Assembly (NCBI GenBank): GCA_964459225.1
Contig: CAYWKB010000003.1
Span: forward strand, 1-40,453
Length of the DNA stretch: 40,453 nucleotides
Reading direction: 5' to 3'
Source of the DNA: an uncultured Candidatus Saccharibacteria bacterium
Lineage (GTDB): Bacteria; Patescibacteriota; Minisyncoccia; Phycocordibacterales; PALSA-1337
Of this stretch, positions 1 through 10,294 are shown one piece after another. Positions within the stretch are counted from its first letter, which is position 1, and every line of letters starts with the position of its first letter. The notes under the pieces were generated by a model. That model was not told the origin of the DNA. It was given only the letters and a program-made list of their open reading frames with translations, and ran no database searches. A program made the translations under genes and the position numbers.

Positions 1-131
1 GCTTGAGCACTTGAACCATTATCACTTGTTGGTAATGTATCAAGTACTGATTCTGCACATGCTGAAAAAGGACTTAAAATAAGGCCTAAAATCAGAATAT
101 TTCTTGAAATCTTTAATAAATTGTTTTTCAT
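1..131 (-). CDS. 5' fragment of a secreted/exported hypothetical protein (runs off the window)
   Basis: ATG at 131-129 reads MKNNLLKISRNILILGLILSPFSACAESVLDTLPTSDNGSSAQ, with a signal-peptide-like N-terminus; open to the window edge. Confidence 0.6.
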   Translation of the reverse strand, partial: MKNNLLKISRNILILGLILSPFSACAESVLDTLPTSDNGSSAQ

Positions 132-200
132 ATGTGTGTTGTTCTTACTTATTTGTAAGTTTTAATAGTATAACATATATCTCTTTTATAGTCAATATAT

Positions 201-241
201 AAAAGGAAAGAGCTACAGACTTGCGTCTATAGCTCCCTTTT
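201..241 (-). terminator. Rho-independent terminator of the 255-1115 gene
   Basis: Minus strand GAGCTATAGAC-GCAA-GTCTGTAGCTC (11-bp stem with one G-U, GNRA loop; 210-235) followed by TTTCCTTTT. Confidence 0.8.
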
Positions 242-254
242 GCTCAAGATTCCA

Positions 255-1115
255 CTATTGTGGAACTACTCTGAAAAATTCCGAAGACCCCCTAAATACA
301 GAGGTTGAGAATGTTCTGTCTGGTGAAATAACTACCGAGTCACCCCAACTCCAATGATGACCCTGTGATACTTGAACCACGTAAGATGTGTACGGCTCTG
401 TATTTTCCAAAGCCAATGTAATCTTCTGCTGCCCCATTGGACCTGTTACGGCAAGGATCTTTGTCCTCACCTTTGTCGGAGGTGGCAGAAGTCGACTGTC
501 AGTGTGGAGAGTGATGTGCGATATCTCATTCCCTAAAGATACTGACATCCTTATGCTGAATGGATTCTGGTCGACAATATCAAACAACCTATTGAAAGGA
601 AAGTCGACCATTGGTTTGAACGTAATCGGCCAGAAGAACATGACCAATCTCGTAACCCTTTGACCAGCATTACCGGAGACAATATGGTTACCGTTATAGT
701 AACCAATTGCCGATGTTGTGTAGCTATTAGTGTCTGAATTAAACTTTTTATCGAAATCCAGGATGCCGTCATATTTAGCATTCATGTTTTTTGCCATGAA
801 GCTCAATTCTGAGAGGGAGAAAGTCTCTTCTCCATCAATCATCCACGCATCCATGACAATGACAGGGATTTCACCGCCATTATCAATCCAGTCCCCAGTC
901 GGTACGATACCTTTGTAGGTATCGATACTTTTACGGGTCAGCACTTTGTTAACCAAAGTATCAGCCCAAAGCTGGTAACGGGGATCCCGGAAGGCGAAGC
1001 CCTTTACAGGCATAAGCCTTACCGAGATTTTCTGGTCTTTTGGCACTACCTGTGCCGAGAGATCAGGGACCATACCAAACAGGAACAGGAACAACATTAC
1101 TAATGATTTTTTCAT
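255..1115 (-). CDS. Secreted hypothetical protein (286 aa) with a C-terminal beta-rich domain ending ...EFFRVVPQ
   Basis: ORF track 255..1163; ATG at 1115 preferred because it gives the signal peptide MKKSLVMLFLFLFGMVPDLSA; visibly more GC-rich than its flanks; has its own promoter and terminator. Confidence 0.75.
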   Translation of the reverse strand: MKKSLVMLFLFLFGMVPDLSAQVVPKDQKISVRLMPVKGFAFRDPRYQLWADTLVNKVLTRKSIDTYKGIVPTGDWIDNGGEIPVIVMDAWMIDGEETFSLSELSFMAKNMNAKYDGILDFDKKFNSDTNSYTTSAIGYYNGNHIVSGNAGQRVTRLVMFFWPITFKPMVDFPFNRLFDIVDQNPFSIRMSVSLGNEISHITLHTDSRLLPPPTKVRTKILAVTGPMGQQKITLALENTEPYTSYVVQVSQGHHWSWGDSVVISPDRTFSTSVFRGSSEFFRVVPQ

Positions 1116-1210
1116 AGCTTTTCTAAGCGTTGAATTCCTCGTGTTTAGACACAAAACACCCACACACGTGAGTATTCACCAAACAGATTACAAAGAACTC
1201 GTTGAACAAT

Positions 1211-1239
1211 ACCCTATCATTTTTCATGACAAATGTCAA
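1211..1239 (-). promoter_or_regulatory. sigma70-type promoter for the 255-1115 gene
   Basis: TTGACA (1239-1234) - 17 nt - TAGGGT (1216-1211); the -10 is weak. Confidence 0.5.
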
Positions 1240-1270
1240 TAGTAGCATTATCATACTAATATATAGACGC

Positions 1271-1305
1271 AAAAAGAAAAACCCCATTTCTGAGGTCTTT
1301 CTTTT
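1271..1305 (-). terminator. Terminator downstream of rpoC
   Basis: Minus strand AAAGAAAGACCTCA-GAAA-TGGGGTTTTTCTTTTT. Confidence 0.75.
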
Positions 1306-1319
1306 CTGATTTTATTTAA

Positions 1320-4300
1320 TTAGTATCCTTCTTCTATATCGTCTGATTTTAATGTTGCTATCATCTGTTGCTTTGGACTACCTGCAAATCCTGAACCTGC
1401 TGGTATCAAGCGACCGATAATCACATTTTCCATTAGTCCTACTAGATCATCCTCACTTCCGCGTACTGCACTGTTTATAAGTACTCTTGTTGTATGCTGG
1501 AATGATGCTGCTGATAGGAAACTCTTACGTGATAGTGACACTTCAGTAATACCCATAACTACAGGTACTGCTTTTGCTCCATTTCCGCCACTTACCTTTG
1601 CTTTTGCATTTTCTTCTTGTAATTGTAAATCATCAACTATTGTTCCTTCAGATAAGATAGTATCTCCTGAATCCACAACCTTTCTTCTTGAGAACATTTG
1701 CTTCACGATAATTTCAATATGCTTTCTTGCTACTGTTTCACCCTGTAATTCGTAAATCTTACCGACTTCACTAATAACATAATCCTTTGCTTTTTCTGCA
1801 CCTCCGTATTCGAATACCTGATCAATGTCTGCTGATCCATCAGTTAATAGATCACCCTTTTTGACCTTATCTCCAACCTTTACTGTTGCTATACGCTTTG
1901 CTGTAAATGTGTATTCGACTTCTCCTGATTTCTTTCCTTTTGCTTTGTCTTCTATTTCTGCAATTACTTTTATTGTCTTTTCTTTTCCTAAATCTAATAC
2001 TTCTGAAACAACTCCATCAACTGATGCTACTACTGCTGGATTTTTTGGAGTTCTCTTTTCGAAGATTTCCTCAACTCTTGGTAGACCTTGTGTAATATCT
2101 CCTCCAACTGACGCTGTACCTCCGGCGTGGAATGTACGCATTGTAAGCTGTGTTCCTGGCTCACCGATCGCTTGTCCTGCAACTGTTCCAACTGCTTCAC
2201 CTAGTTCAACCAATCTGTTATTTCCTAGATCAACTCCATAACATTGTGCACATACTCCCATAACACTTTTACATGATAGTGGTGAACGTACCTTTACGGC
2301 TGTTATTCCGGCATCTTCTATACTCATTGCTTCTAGCTTTGTTAATAGATGATTTTTCTTAAACAATACCTTACCTGATGCATCTGTTACATCTTCAGCG
2401 ATAACTCTTCCTCTTATGTTTTTTGAAAGTGGAATACTGATACCTGATGCTGTTTGCTTTTTGATTATGATTGAATCCTTTGATCCACAATCATCTTCAT
2501 TTACCATAACATCTTGTGCAACTACGAATAGCTTACGTGTTAGATATCCTGCCTTTGCTGTGTTAAGTGCTGTATCTGTTAGACCCTTTCTTGAACCGTG
2601 TGTAGTAATAAAGTATTCAATAGGTGTTAGACCTTCCTTTGAACAAGAAAGAATTGGGAATTCGATTGTCTCTCCTGATGTTGAAGCGATAAGACCCTTC
2701 ATACCTGCCATCTGAGTAATCTGTGAATATGATCCGCGGGCACCTGACTTTACCATGTCATATACTGATCCCATTTTATCCAATGATCCTGGAATAAGCT
2801 TTTCAACATTATTTTTGGCATTGTGCCATATTTCCATATTTTTCCTCAATCTTTCTTCATCTGTTAGAAGTCCTTCACTAAATTGATTCATAACTTCTTC
2901 AGATTGTACTTTTGCTTTTGAGATAACATCCTTTTTACCTTCTGGAATTACAACATCATCAATACCCCATGTTGTACCTGAATGAGTTGCGTATTTGAAT
3001 CCGAATTTCTTTATACCGTCTAATATTCCTGGAATCTTATCTAGACCATGTGAAATTATCAAATCGTCGATTATTGATGATAGCTTCTTTCTTTCAATTT
3101 CCATATTTATGTATGGATAATCATCAGGAAGTGTTTGGTTAAATAATATACGTCCTACAGTTGTCTCAAATATTTTTCCATCAAATTCCTTAAACTTTGG
3201 ACTATCTGTTGGTAATACCTTTATTTTTGCTCTGTATGATACAACTCCAAAGTTATGGGCTGTAAGTGCTGCTTCTGGACTTTCAAATATTTTACCTTCA
3301 CCATTATCACCATCTACAACCTTAGTTATCCAGAAACATCCAAGCACAATATCAAGTAGCTTTGAAATAATTGTTGGATCACCATTTCCTGGCTTTAAGA
3401 TATTTTTATCTGATGCCATTATTTCTCTTGCTTCCATTTGAGCTTCTTCTCCAAGTGGAACGTGTACGGCCATCTGGTCACCGTCGAAGTCTGCGTTGAA
3501 GGCAGTACATACTAGTGGGTGAACTTGAATAGCATTTCCTTCAATCAATATTGGGCGGAATGCTTGTATACCAAGTCTATGTAGTGTTGGTGCGCGGTTA
3601 AGCAATACATATTTACCTTGTATAACTTCTTCTAGTATTTCCCAAACTTCCTTTGCTCCATCGTCTATTAGCTTTCCTGCTCCACGGATGTTGAATGCTA
3701 ATTCGCGTTTTAGTAGACCTGAAATTACGAATGGTTTAAATAGTTCAAGCGCCATATGCTTTGGCAATCCACATTGATCAAGTGATAGCTCTGGACCTAC
3801 GACGATAACTGAACGTCCTGAATAGTCTACACGCTTACCTAGAAGGTTTTGACGGAATAGTCCACGCTTGCTCTTAAGATTGTCTGAAAGAGACTTTAGA
3901 GCACGCTTTTGAGCCTGTACAGCGGCCGCTCCTGTAGCTGCACCATGTCTTATTGAATTATCAATAAGGGCATCTACTGCTTCTTGTAGAATTCTTTTTT
4001 CATTTCTTAAAATAACATCCGGCGCATCTATTTCCTTTAGTTTTAATAGACGATTATTTCTGTTTATTACTCTTCTGTATAAATCGTTTACATCTGATGT
4101 AGCATAACGACCTCCATCAAGTGCGACCATTGGGCGAAGTGCTGGTGGAATAACTGGAATACGAGTAAGGAACATCCACTCTGGTCTTGTACTAGACTTT
4201 ATCATTGATTTTATAAGAGATAATCTCTTTGAAATCTTATCTGAGTCTATTGAACTTGCTGCTTGTAGATCTGCCTCTAATTTTTCAGCTAATTTAACTA

Positions 4301-4997
4301 AATCAGTTTTCTTTAATATATCGTATATTGCTTCTGCTCCTATACTTGCTTCAAATAAAGCACCGTATTTCATTGAATATTTATGATACTGTACTTCATC
4401 CATTACAAATCCTGGAACTAGACTTTCGATTTCTCTTCTTGCTGTTATAACTAATTCTTTTAGAGCTTCTTTTGTCTTTTCATCTTGTGCTGCCTTTACC
4501 TTTGTTTTGAATTCTGAATCAAGCTCTTTTAGGAATGAGTCTTTTTCATTTTGATGAATATTTGTGACGATATATCCTGCAAAATATACTACTTTTTCTA
4601 GATCTGCAGTTGTCATACCAAGTACCAAACCAATACGAGATGGCATTGATCTTAGGAACCAAATATGCGATACAGGTGTTGCAAGCTCAATATGTCCCAT
4701 TCTCTCACGGCGAACTATTGAACGTGTAATTTCAACTCCACATTTTTCACAAGTAATTCCCTTATATCTTATTCCTCTGTACTTTCCACAATAACATTCA
4801 TAATCACGATCTGGACCGAAGATTTTTTCATCAAAAAGTCCACTCTTTTCTGAACGTTGTGTTCTATAGTTAATTGTTTCGGGCTTTGTAATTTCACCAA
4901 ATGACCATTCTAATATTCTTTCAGGAGAAGCAACGCCGAGCTTTACTGCATCAAAGTCTTGTGGATCTATATTTTTTCTATTTATATTTTTTTCCAT
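1320..4997 (-). CDS. rpoC: DNA-directed RNA polymerase beta' subunit (1225 aa)
   Basis: Catalytic NADFDGD motif, Zn-finger CYCGKY...CEKC, LLGKRVDYSGRSVI, GEPGTQLTMRTFH. Confidence 0.99.
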   Translation of the reverse strand: MEKNINRKNIDPQDFDAVKLGVASPERILEWSFGEITKPETINYRTQRSEKSGLFDEKIFGPDRDYECYCGKYRGIRYKGITCEKCGVEITRSIVRRERMGHIELATPVSHIWFLRSMPSRIGLVLGMTTADLEKVVYFAGYIVTNIHQNEKDSFLKELDSEFKTKVKAAQDEKTKEALKELVITARREIESLVPGFVMDEVQYHKYSMKYGALFEASIGAEAIYDILKKTDLVKLAEKLEADLQAASSIDSDKISKRLSLIKSMIKSSTRPEWMFLTRIPVIPPALRPMVALDGGRYATSDVNDLYRRVINRNNRLLKLKEIDAPDVILRNEKRILQEAVDALIDNSIRHGAATGAAAVQAQKRALKSLSDNLKSKRGLFRQNLLGKRVDYSGRSVIVVGPELSLDQCGLPKHMALELFKPFVISGLLKRELAFNIRGAGKLIDDGAKEVWEILEEVIQGKYVLLNRAPTLHRLGIQAFRPILIEGNAIQVHPLVCTAFNADFDGDQMAVHVPLGEEAQMEAREIMASDKNILKPGNGDPTIISKLLDIVLGCFWITKVVDGDNGEGKIFESPEAALTAHNFGVVSYRAKIKVLPTDSPKFKEFDGKIFETTVGRILFNQTLPDDYPYINMEIERKKLSSIIDDLIISHGLDKIPGILDGIKKFGFKYATHSGTTWGIDDVVIPEGKKDVISKAKVQSEEVMNQFSEGLLTDEERLRKNMEIWHNAKNNVEKLIPGSLDKMGSVYDMVKSGARGSYSQITQMAGMKGLIASTSGETIEFPILSCSKEGLTPIEYFITTHGSRKGLTDTALNTAKAGYLTRKLFVVAQDVMVNEDDCGSKDSIIIKKQTASGISIPLSKNIRGRVIAEDVTDASGKVLFKKNHLLTKLEAMSIEDAGITAVKVRSPLSCKSVMGVCAQCYGVDLGNNRLVELGEAVGTVAGQAIGEPGTQLTMRTFHAGGTASVGGDITQGLPRVEEIFEKRTPKNPAVVASVDGVVSEVLDLGKEKTIKVIAEIEDKAKGKKSGEVEYTFTAKRIATVKVGDKVKKGDLLTDGSADIDQVFEYGGAEKAKDYVISEVGKIYELQGETVARKHIEIIVKQMFSRRKVVDSGDTILSEGTIVDDLQLQEENAKAKVSGGNGAKAVPVVMGITEVSLSRKSFLSAASFQHTTRVLINSAVRGSEDDLVGLMENVIIGRLIPAGSGFAGSPKQQMIATLKSDDIEEGY

Positions 4998-5020
4998 ATT
5001 TTTTTTGTTATTTGATGAAA

Positions 5021-5563
5021 TTAATTGGTAATGGTGATGTAATCGTCACTTTGAGTTTCAACAAAATTATTGATGTCATTATTATTAATAAATATTTTGT
5101 AATTTCCTGTTTGAAAATTTGATGGTATTTCCCAAGTATATTTTCCCGTATTTGGAATTGCTGCAATTATATTATTGCATACATAACCATTAATATTTTT
5201 ACACCACATTATATTAATTTTTGATGATCCAAGATTTTTGCTTATCCAGGTAATATTTATTGTATTATCAACCTTGTATGTACCTTTTGAGTTTGGCGAA
5301 GTAATCTTAATAAAAGCTTGAGTAGAAGAAATTGGAAGATCAGCATTACAATGAGGATAATTAGTTGCACCATTAGAGCAGGTTTTTTTATCAGAGGTTA
5401 TTATTGAATCCTTCGCTGTACTTGTTACTATTGGTGATGTTGAACTTACATGTTGTTCTCCATGACAACAATCATAGACTCTAGTAAATGAATTGTAAGC
5501 AACACTTCCTCCAATCACTACTATCACTGCTATAATAATTCCCAAAATAATTTTTTTATTCAT
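5021..5563 (-). CDS. Membrane-anchored surface protein (180 aa): N-terminal TM helix, Ser/Thr-rich linker, Cys motif, C-terminal Ig-like (Ser-Thr-rich GPI-anchored/Kre9-like) domain
   Basis: Hydrophobic IILGIIIAVIVVIGG; CSNGATNYPHC; ITSPN...INITW...NTGKYTWEIP pattern. Confidence 0.7.
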   Translation of the reverse strand: MNKKIILGIIIAVIVVIGGSVAYNSFTRVYDCCHGEQHVSSTSPIVTSTAKDSIITSDKKTCSNGATNYPHCNADLPISSTQAFIKITSPNSKGTYKVDNTINITWISKNLGSSKINIMWCKNINGYVCNNIIAAIPNTGKYTWEIPSNFQTGNYKIFINNNDINNFVETQSDDYITITN

Positions 5564-5584
5564 ATATTTAGTTTAGTTAGATTA

Positions 5585-8500
5585 TTACTCAGTCTCTTCG
5601 ACATTGTGAGCTTTTTTGATAAGTTCGACATCAAGTGCTAGACCACGTAATGACTTTAGAAGCACATTAAATGATGCTGGAAGATTTGGTTGCTTTAACT
5701 TTTCTCCCTTAACAATAGAATCAAATGCTTGTGAACGACCTTGTATATCATCTGACTTGATAGTTAGAATTTCACGCAAAGTATGTGCAGCTCCATGACC
5801 CAAAAGTGCCCAGACTTCCATTTCTCCAAATCTCTGTCCTCCTCCTTGTGCCTTTCCTCCAAGAGGCTGTTGAGTAATAAGTGAGTAAGGTCCGATTGAA
5901 CGCATATGTATCTTATCTTCAACCATGTGATGAAGTTTCAGGATATACATATATCCAACTGCAATTGGTCTATCGAATTCTTCACCTGTTCTACCGTCCT
6001 TTAATTTCATTTTTCCACTTGCATCAAAACCTGCTTTTACAAGTTCTTCTTTTATTTCTATATCTGTTGCTCCTGTAAATGGTGGAACTATAGCTTGATA
6101 TCCAAGTGTATGTGCTGCAAGACCAAGGTGTAACTCTAATATCTGTCCTAGGTTCATACGTGAAGGCACTCCGAGTGGTGTCAAAATAACATCCACAGGT
6201 GTTCCATCAGCCATGTATGGCATATCTTCTTCTGGAAGTATTCTTGAAATAACTCCTTTGTTTCCGTGACGTCCTGCAAGCTTGTCTCCGACTGAAACAT
6301 TTCTAAGTTCAGCAACTTCAATGTAAATCTTTTTGATTATTCCTGATTCTAGCTTGTCTCCCTTTTCTCTTGAAAATACTTTAACAGAAATAACACGTCC
6401 GCGCTTTCCTCCTTCCATTCTCTTTGAAGTATCTTTTACATCTCTTGCCTTTTCACCGAAAATTGATCTTAATAGTCTTTCTTCTGGTGTAAGTTGTGTC
6501 TCACCCTTTGGTGAAATCTTACCAACCAAGATATCTCCTGGACGAACCTCAGCTCCAACGCGTACTATTCCGTCTTCTGCTAGATTTTTTAGTTTTGCTT
6601 CTGCAACATTTGGAATATCGCATGTTGTTACTTCTGGACCTAACTTTGTATCACGTACATTAACTACGAATTCTTCGATATTAATTGAACTGAATTTACT
6701 ATTTTTAACTACTCTTTCTGAAAGAATAATAGCGTCTTCATAGTTATTTCCTGACCATGACATAAATGCTACTAGCATGTTTTGTCCTAATGCTATTTCA
6801 CCATTATCTGATGTTGATGTATCTACTAGAACATCACCTTTTTTAACCTTATCTCCTAGATTTACTATTGGTCTTTGATGGAAAGCTGTGAATCCATTTG
6901 TTCTTGAAAAATGAACAAGATTGTATTCCTTTTTACCATTTTTCTTACCTGTAAATACAACTTTATTTGCATCTACATAAGTTATTTCACCGTCTTCTGG
7001 TGCCAATATTATTCTTCCTGTATCTACAACTGCCTTCTTTTCTATTCCTGTTGCAACAAGTGGTGCTTCTGGAATAAGACATGGAGTTGCCTGTCTTTGC
7101 ATGTTTGAACCCATGAGTGCACGGTTTGCATCGTCATGATTTAGGAAAGGAATAAGTGATGTACCTATTGAAAATGCTTGATTTGTTGAAACGTCTATAT
7201 AATCAACTTCACCTGCCTTTGCTAGTCCTGGCTTACCATTTATACGTACTTCAACTTCATCTGCTGTTATCTTTCCTGATTTATCATATGGAATTGCAGC
7301 ATGAGCGATACGGAAGTTTTCTTCCTCTAATGCATTCATATATTGAATTTCATCTGTGACCTTTCCATTTTTAACTTTTGCATATGGAGTTTCAATCATT
7401 CCGAAATCATTTATTCTTGCAAAAGTAGAAAGACGAAGCACAAGTCCAATGTTTGGTCCTTCTGGTGTATGTATTGGACATAGACGACCGTAGTGTGATG
7501 GGTGAACGTCACGAACTTCAAATCCTGCACGCTCTCTTGTAAGACCTCCTGGACCTAGAGCAGTGAGCAATCTTAGATTTTCAATTTCTGAAAGAACATT
7601 TTCCTGTCCCATGAACTGTGAAAGTTGATTTGTTGTGAAAAATTCCTTTATACGAGCTTGAAGTGGTCTTGGGAAAACGAAATTAACAGGCAAAGTAACG
7701 TCTGGCTCAACTGTAGACATTCTGTCCTGAATGTTTCTCTTCATTTGTGTCATACCTACACGTAGTTTTTGCTGTAGCAATTCACCCACATATCTTGCAC
7801 GACGTGATCCTAGATGATCTATATCATCTTCAACTGCATCTGGAGTATTGTTTAGACTTACTATATGAGTAACTATTGTGGCGATATCATCTGCTGATAT
7901 TGTTCTTCTTTCTAATTCCTTTTCATCCATTGATTTATTAAATCTCTTATTGAAACGGAATCTACCAACTTTATTGATATCATATCTATCAGGATGGAAT
8001 ATATTTCCAATAAATTCACGTGCATTATCTGCTGTAGCCAAGTCTCCATCTCTTAATCTCTTGTGTATTTCGATATATGCATCATCAACTGTCTTTGCAT
8101 GATCCTTTGCAAGTGTTAGCTCTACTGCCTTTTTTGCCAATTCATCACCTTTAAAGAATTCAAGTATTGAAGCATCAGTATTTGCTCCGAGTATTCTCAT
8201 TAGAGTTGTGATCGGGAATTTCCTCTTTCTATCTATACGTACATATACTGTTCCATCAGAATCTGACTCTATTTCCATCCAAACACCGCGAGCTGGGATG
8301 ATTTTTGCGCCAAAAAGATTTTTACCCTTTGTTTCATTAAGAGTGAAGAAAATACCGAATGATCTTGCAAGTTGTGCAACAATAACTCTTTCAATACCAT
8401 TTATAATGAAAGTTCCGTGATCTGTCATCAAAGGTAAATCAGCAAGGAACATTTCCTGCTCTTTTGTTGAATCTAAAAGCTTATTGCGAAGCTTTACCTT

Positions 8501-8761
8501 TACCTTTATTTGTCCCTCATATGATAGCTTATTTGTCTTTGCATAATGCTCATCATATTTTGGTCTTGTGAGTTCAAAACCAGAAAAAGAAAGTTCGAAT
8601 TTCTTTCCGGCATAGTCTTTTATAGGTGAAAATTCCTTTAAGACCTCTCCTATACCCTGCTCTATTAATGTATTAAATGATGTTATCTGTGACTCGACGA
8701 GATTTGGCATCTCTGTGAGTGGATCCTTGAAACGACTAAAATACTTTTTTGTTATATGCAT
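5585..8761 (-). CDS. rpoB: DNA-directed RNA polymerase beta subunit (1058 aa, compact)
   Basis: GDKLAGRHGNKG, RALMGSNMQRQA, GGQRFGEMEVWAL, HYGRLCPIHTPEG. Confidence 0.99.
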   Translation of the reverse strand: MHITKKYFSRFKDPLTEMPNLVESQITSFNTLIEQGIGEVLKEFSPIKDYAGKKFELSFSGFELTRPKYDEHYAKTNKLSYEGQIKVKVKLRNKLLDSTKEQEMFLADLPLMTDHGTFIINGIERVIVAQLARSFGIFFTLNETKGKNLFGAKIIPARGVWMEIESDSDGTVYVRIDRKRKFPITTLMRILGANTDASILEFFKGDELAKKAVELTLAKDHAKTVDDAYIEIHKRLRDGDLATADNAREFIGNIFHPDRYDINKVGRFRFNKRFNKSMDEKELERRTISADDIATIVTHIVSLNNTPDAVEDDIDHLGSRRARYVGELLQQKLRVGMTQMKRNIQDRMSTVEPDVTLPVNFVFPRPLQARIKEFFTTNQLSQFMGQENVLSEIENLRLLTALGPGGLTRERAGFEVRDVHPSHYGRLCPIHTPEGPNIGLVLRLSTFARINDFGMIETPYAKVKNGKVTDEIQYMNALEEENFRIAHAAIPYDKSGKITADEVEVRINGKPGLAKAGEVDYIDVSTNQAFSIGTSLIPFLNHDDANRALMGSNMQRQATPCLIPEAPLVATGIEKKAVVDTGRIILAPEDGEITYVDANKVVFTGKKNGKKEYNLVHFSRTNGFTAFHQRPIVNLGDKVKKGDVLVDTSTSDNGEIALGQNMLVAFMSWSGNNYEDAIILSERVVKNSKFSSINIEEFVVNVRDTKLGPEVTTCDIPNVAEAKLKNLAEDGIVRVGAEVRPGDILVGKISPKGETQLTPEERLLRSIFGEKARDVKDTSKRMEGGKRGRVISVKVFSREKGDKLESGIIKKIYIEVAELRNVSVGDKLAGRHGNKGVISRILPEEDMPYMADGTPVDVILTPLGVPSRMNLGQILELHLGLAAHTLGYQAIVPPFTGATDIEIKEELVKAGFDASGKMKLKDGRTGEEFDRPIAVGYMYILKLHHMVEDKIHMRSIGPYSLITQQPLGGKAQGGGQRFGEMEVWALLGHGAAHTLREILTIKSDDIQGRSQAFDSIVKGEKLKQPNLPASFNVLLKSLRGLALDVELIKKAHNVEETE

Positions 8762-8841
8762 GAAAAAAGTTGTGTTTAAGCGGATTAATAATTAAAATCA
8801 TCCTTCAATACGAGAATAACACAATCAGTGAAGTTACGGTG

Positions 8842-8870
8842 AGCTTAGCAGAAGTAATATAAAAAGTCAA
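8842..8870 (-). promoter_or_regulatory. sigma70-type promoter for rpoB
   Basis: TTGACT (8870-8865) - 17 nt - TAAGCT (8847-8842), with an extended TGn. Confidence 0.65.
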
Positions 8871-8948
8871 TGGGGAAAAGGTAGGAGTATGAGTTAAAGA
8901 GGAGAAATAGTAAAAAATTAGTAAAGAAGGTAGAAGAAAAGACAGAAG

Positions 8949-8980
8949 AAAAGGGCGATTGCTTCTGCAATCGCCCTTTT
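8949..8980. terminator. Bidirectional-type intrinsic terminator
   Basis: Perfect 14-bp inverted repeat AAAAGGGCGATTGC-TTCT-GCAATCGCCCTTTT. Confidence 0.8.
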
Positions 8981-9018
8981 TGTTGTACAAATTAGTGAGA
9001 GCCAAACTAAAATCTAAA

Positions 9019-9321
9019 TCAATACCCAAAACATGAATCAGACTTATGCCAGATTTGATGTGATACACCTTTACTTCTCCTCTTTGCCAAGGCAAAATCT
9101 CTTGCCATTTGAGGATTCGCTTCAAGCGTAGCCTTGTTAAGGCTCTTTGTTTCCATTTTTTTGCGCTTGTATTCCTCCATCTCAATCCATTGTTGTCCTG
9201 TATGAAGGTATTCTGTCAGGCAATCCTCTTGAACATTAGATTGCTGCCATCCGATTGTCCCTCTTTCAGGATTTATAACTTCGACACTTAGACTTTTGTC
9301 TCTGTAATATATTGTATTCAT
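9019..9321 (-). CDS. Hypothetical protein (100 aa)
   Basis: ATG-started ORF bounded by two terminator-like hairpins; no recognisable motif. Confidence 0.5.
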   Translation of the reverse strand: MNTIYYRDKSLSVEVINPERGTIGWQQSNVQEDCLTEYLHTGQQWIEMEEYKRKKMETKSLNKATLEANPQMARDFALAKRRSKGVSHQIWHKSDSCFGY

Positions 9322-9333
9322 TTGTTTATGTAC

Positions 9334-9368
9334 AAAACGAGCTCTGGATTCATTCCAGAGCTCGTTTT
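9334..9368. terminator. Perfect 15-bp inverted repeat, probable terminator downstream of livF
   Basis: AAAACGAGCTCTGGA-TTCAT-TCCAGAGCTCGTTTT. Confidence 0.7.
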
Positions 9369-9537
9369 TAAGATATATATTATTTTTATTTATTTACATA
9401 TATCACAAAAACCAGATCTGGAATCATTTGAAGTGACCAGAAACTTGGCAGTAATATTTGAATAAATGAAATTAATATTCATTAAGGGAAATTATATATG
9501 AAAAATGAGATTAAGCAAGTTTTAAGGTATTCACACT

Positions 9538-10257
9538 CTATTTACCAAGAAATACTTTCTCCAAAACTTTATTTTCCATTAACTCCTTTGGATTTCCTTC
9601 TGCATAGACCTTACCTTTATCTAGCACATATGCTCGCTTAGTAATTTCAAGTAGAGATTTCAGATTATGTTCAACAACTAATATAGCTGTTTTTCTACGT
9701 TCATTTATCTCTCGTATTTTTTCGAAAACTTCCTTTACAATTTTTGGTGCAAGACCAAGAGATGGTTCATCTAGTAAAAGCACTTTAGGATCTGGCATCA
9801 GTCCACGGGCTATAGCGAGCATTTGCTGTTGACCCCCAGAAAGACTACCAGACTTAGCTTTGAGTTTTGATTTTAGAATTGGAAACAATTCGAGTACATT
9901 CGCAATTCTTTCTTTTCTATCTGCACTACTTTTTATATTGAATCCGCCGATTTCAAGATTTTCAAGTACAGTTAAATGATGAAAAACTCTACGACCTTGC
10001 GGTACAAATGATACTCCACGTTCTACAACTTCATAAGATACTGGTTTAAATGATTGCCCTTGCCAGAAGATCTCTCCAGAATCAATAGTAGCTAGACCAA
10101 AAATCGTCTTCAATATAGTTGATTTACCTGCACCATTTGGACCCATAAGAGCAACAATTTCACCCTCATCTATAGAGACTGATGCACCATCTAATGCTTT
10201 TACACCAGAGTAGTGAACATGTATATTTTTCAAGTGTAATAATGTTTCAGTTTTCAT
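9538..10257 (-). CDS. livF: Branched-chain amino acid ABC transporter ATP-binding protein LivF
   Basis: Walker A GPNGAGKST, VPQGRRVF, LSGGQQQMLAIAR, LLLDEPSLGLAP. Confidence 0.93.
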   Translation of the reverse strand: MKTETLLHLKNIHVHYSGVKALDGASVSIDEGEIVALMGPNGAGKSTILKTIFGLATIDSGEIFWQGQSFKPVSYEVVERGVSFVPQGRRVFHHLTVLENLEIGGFNIKSSADRKERIANVLELFPILKSKLKAKSGSLSGGQQQMLAIARGLMPDPKVLLLDEPSLGLAPKIVKEVFEKIREINERRKTAILVVEHNLKSLLEITKRAYVLDKGKVYAEGNPKELMENKVLEKVFLGK

Positions 10258-10294
10258 AAATATTTATCATACACCTATGATATCATTTCTCTTT

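Noticed and set aside
1825-8420. Plus-strand ORFs inside rpoC/rpoB (and similar antisense ORFs in pyrG, prfB, ftsE and the liv genes)
   Set aside because: Antisense shadows of highly conserved genes; low-complexity translations
8805-9291. ORFs 8805..9185 (-) and 9109..9291 (+)
   Set aside because: They cross a terminator hairpin and the rpoB promoter, or are antisense to the 100-aa ORF; non-ATG or low-complexity
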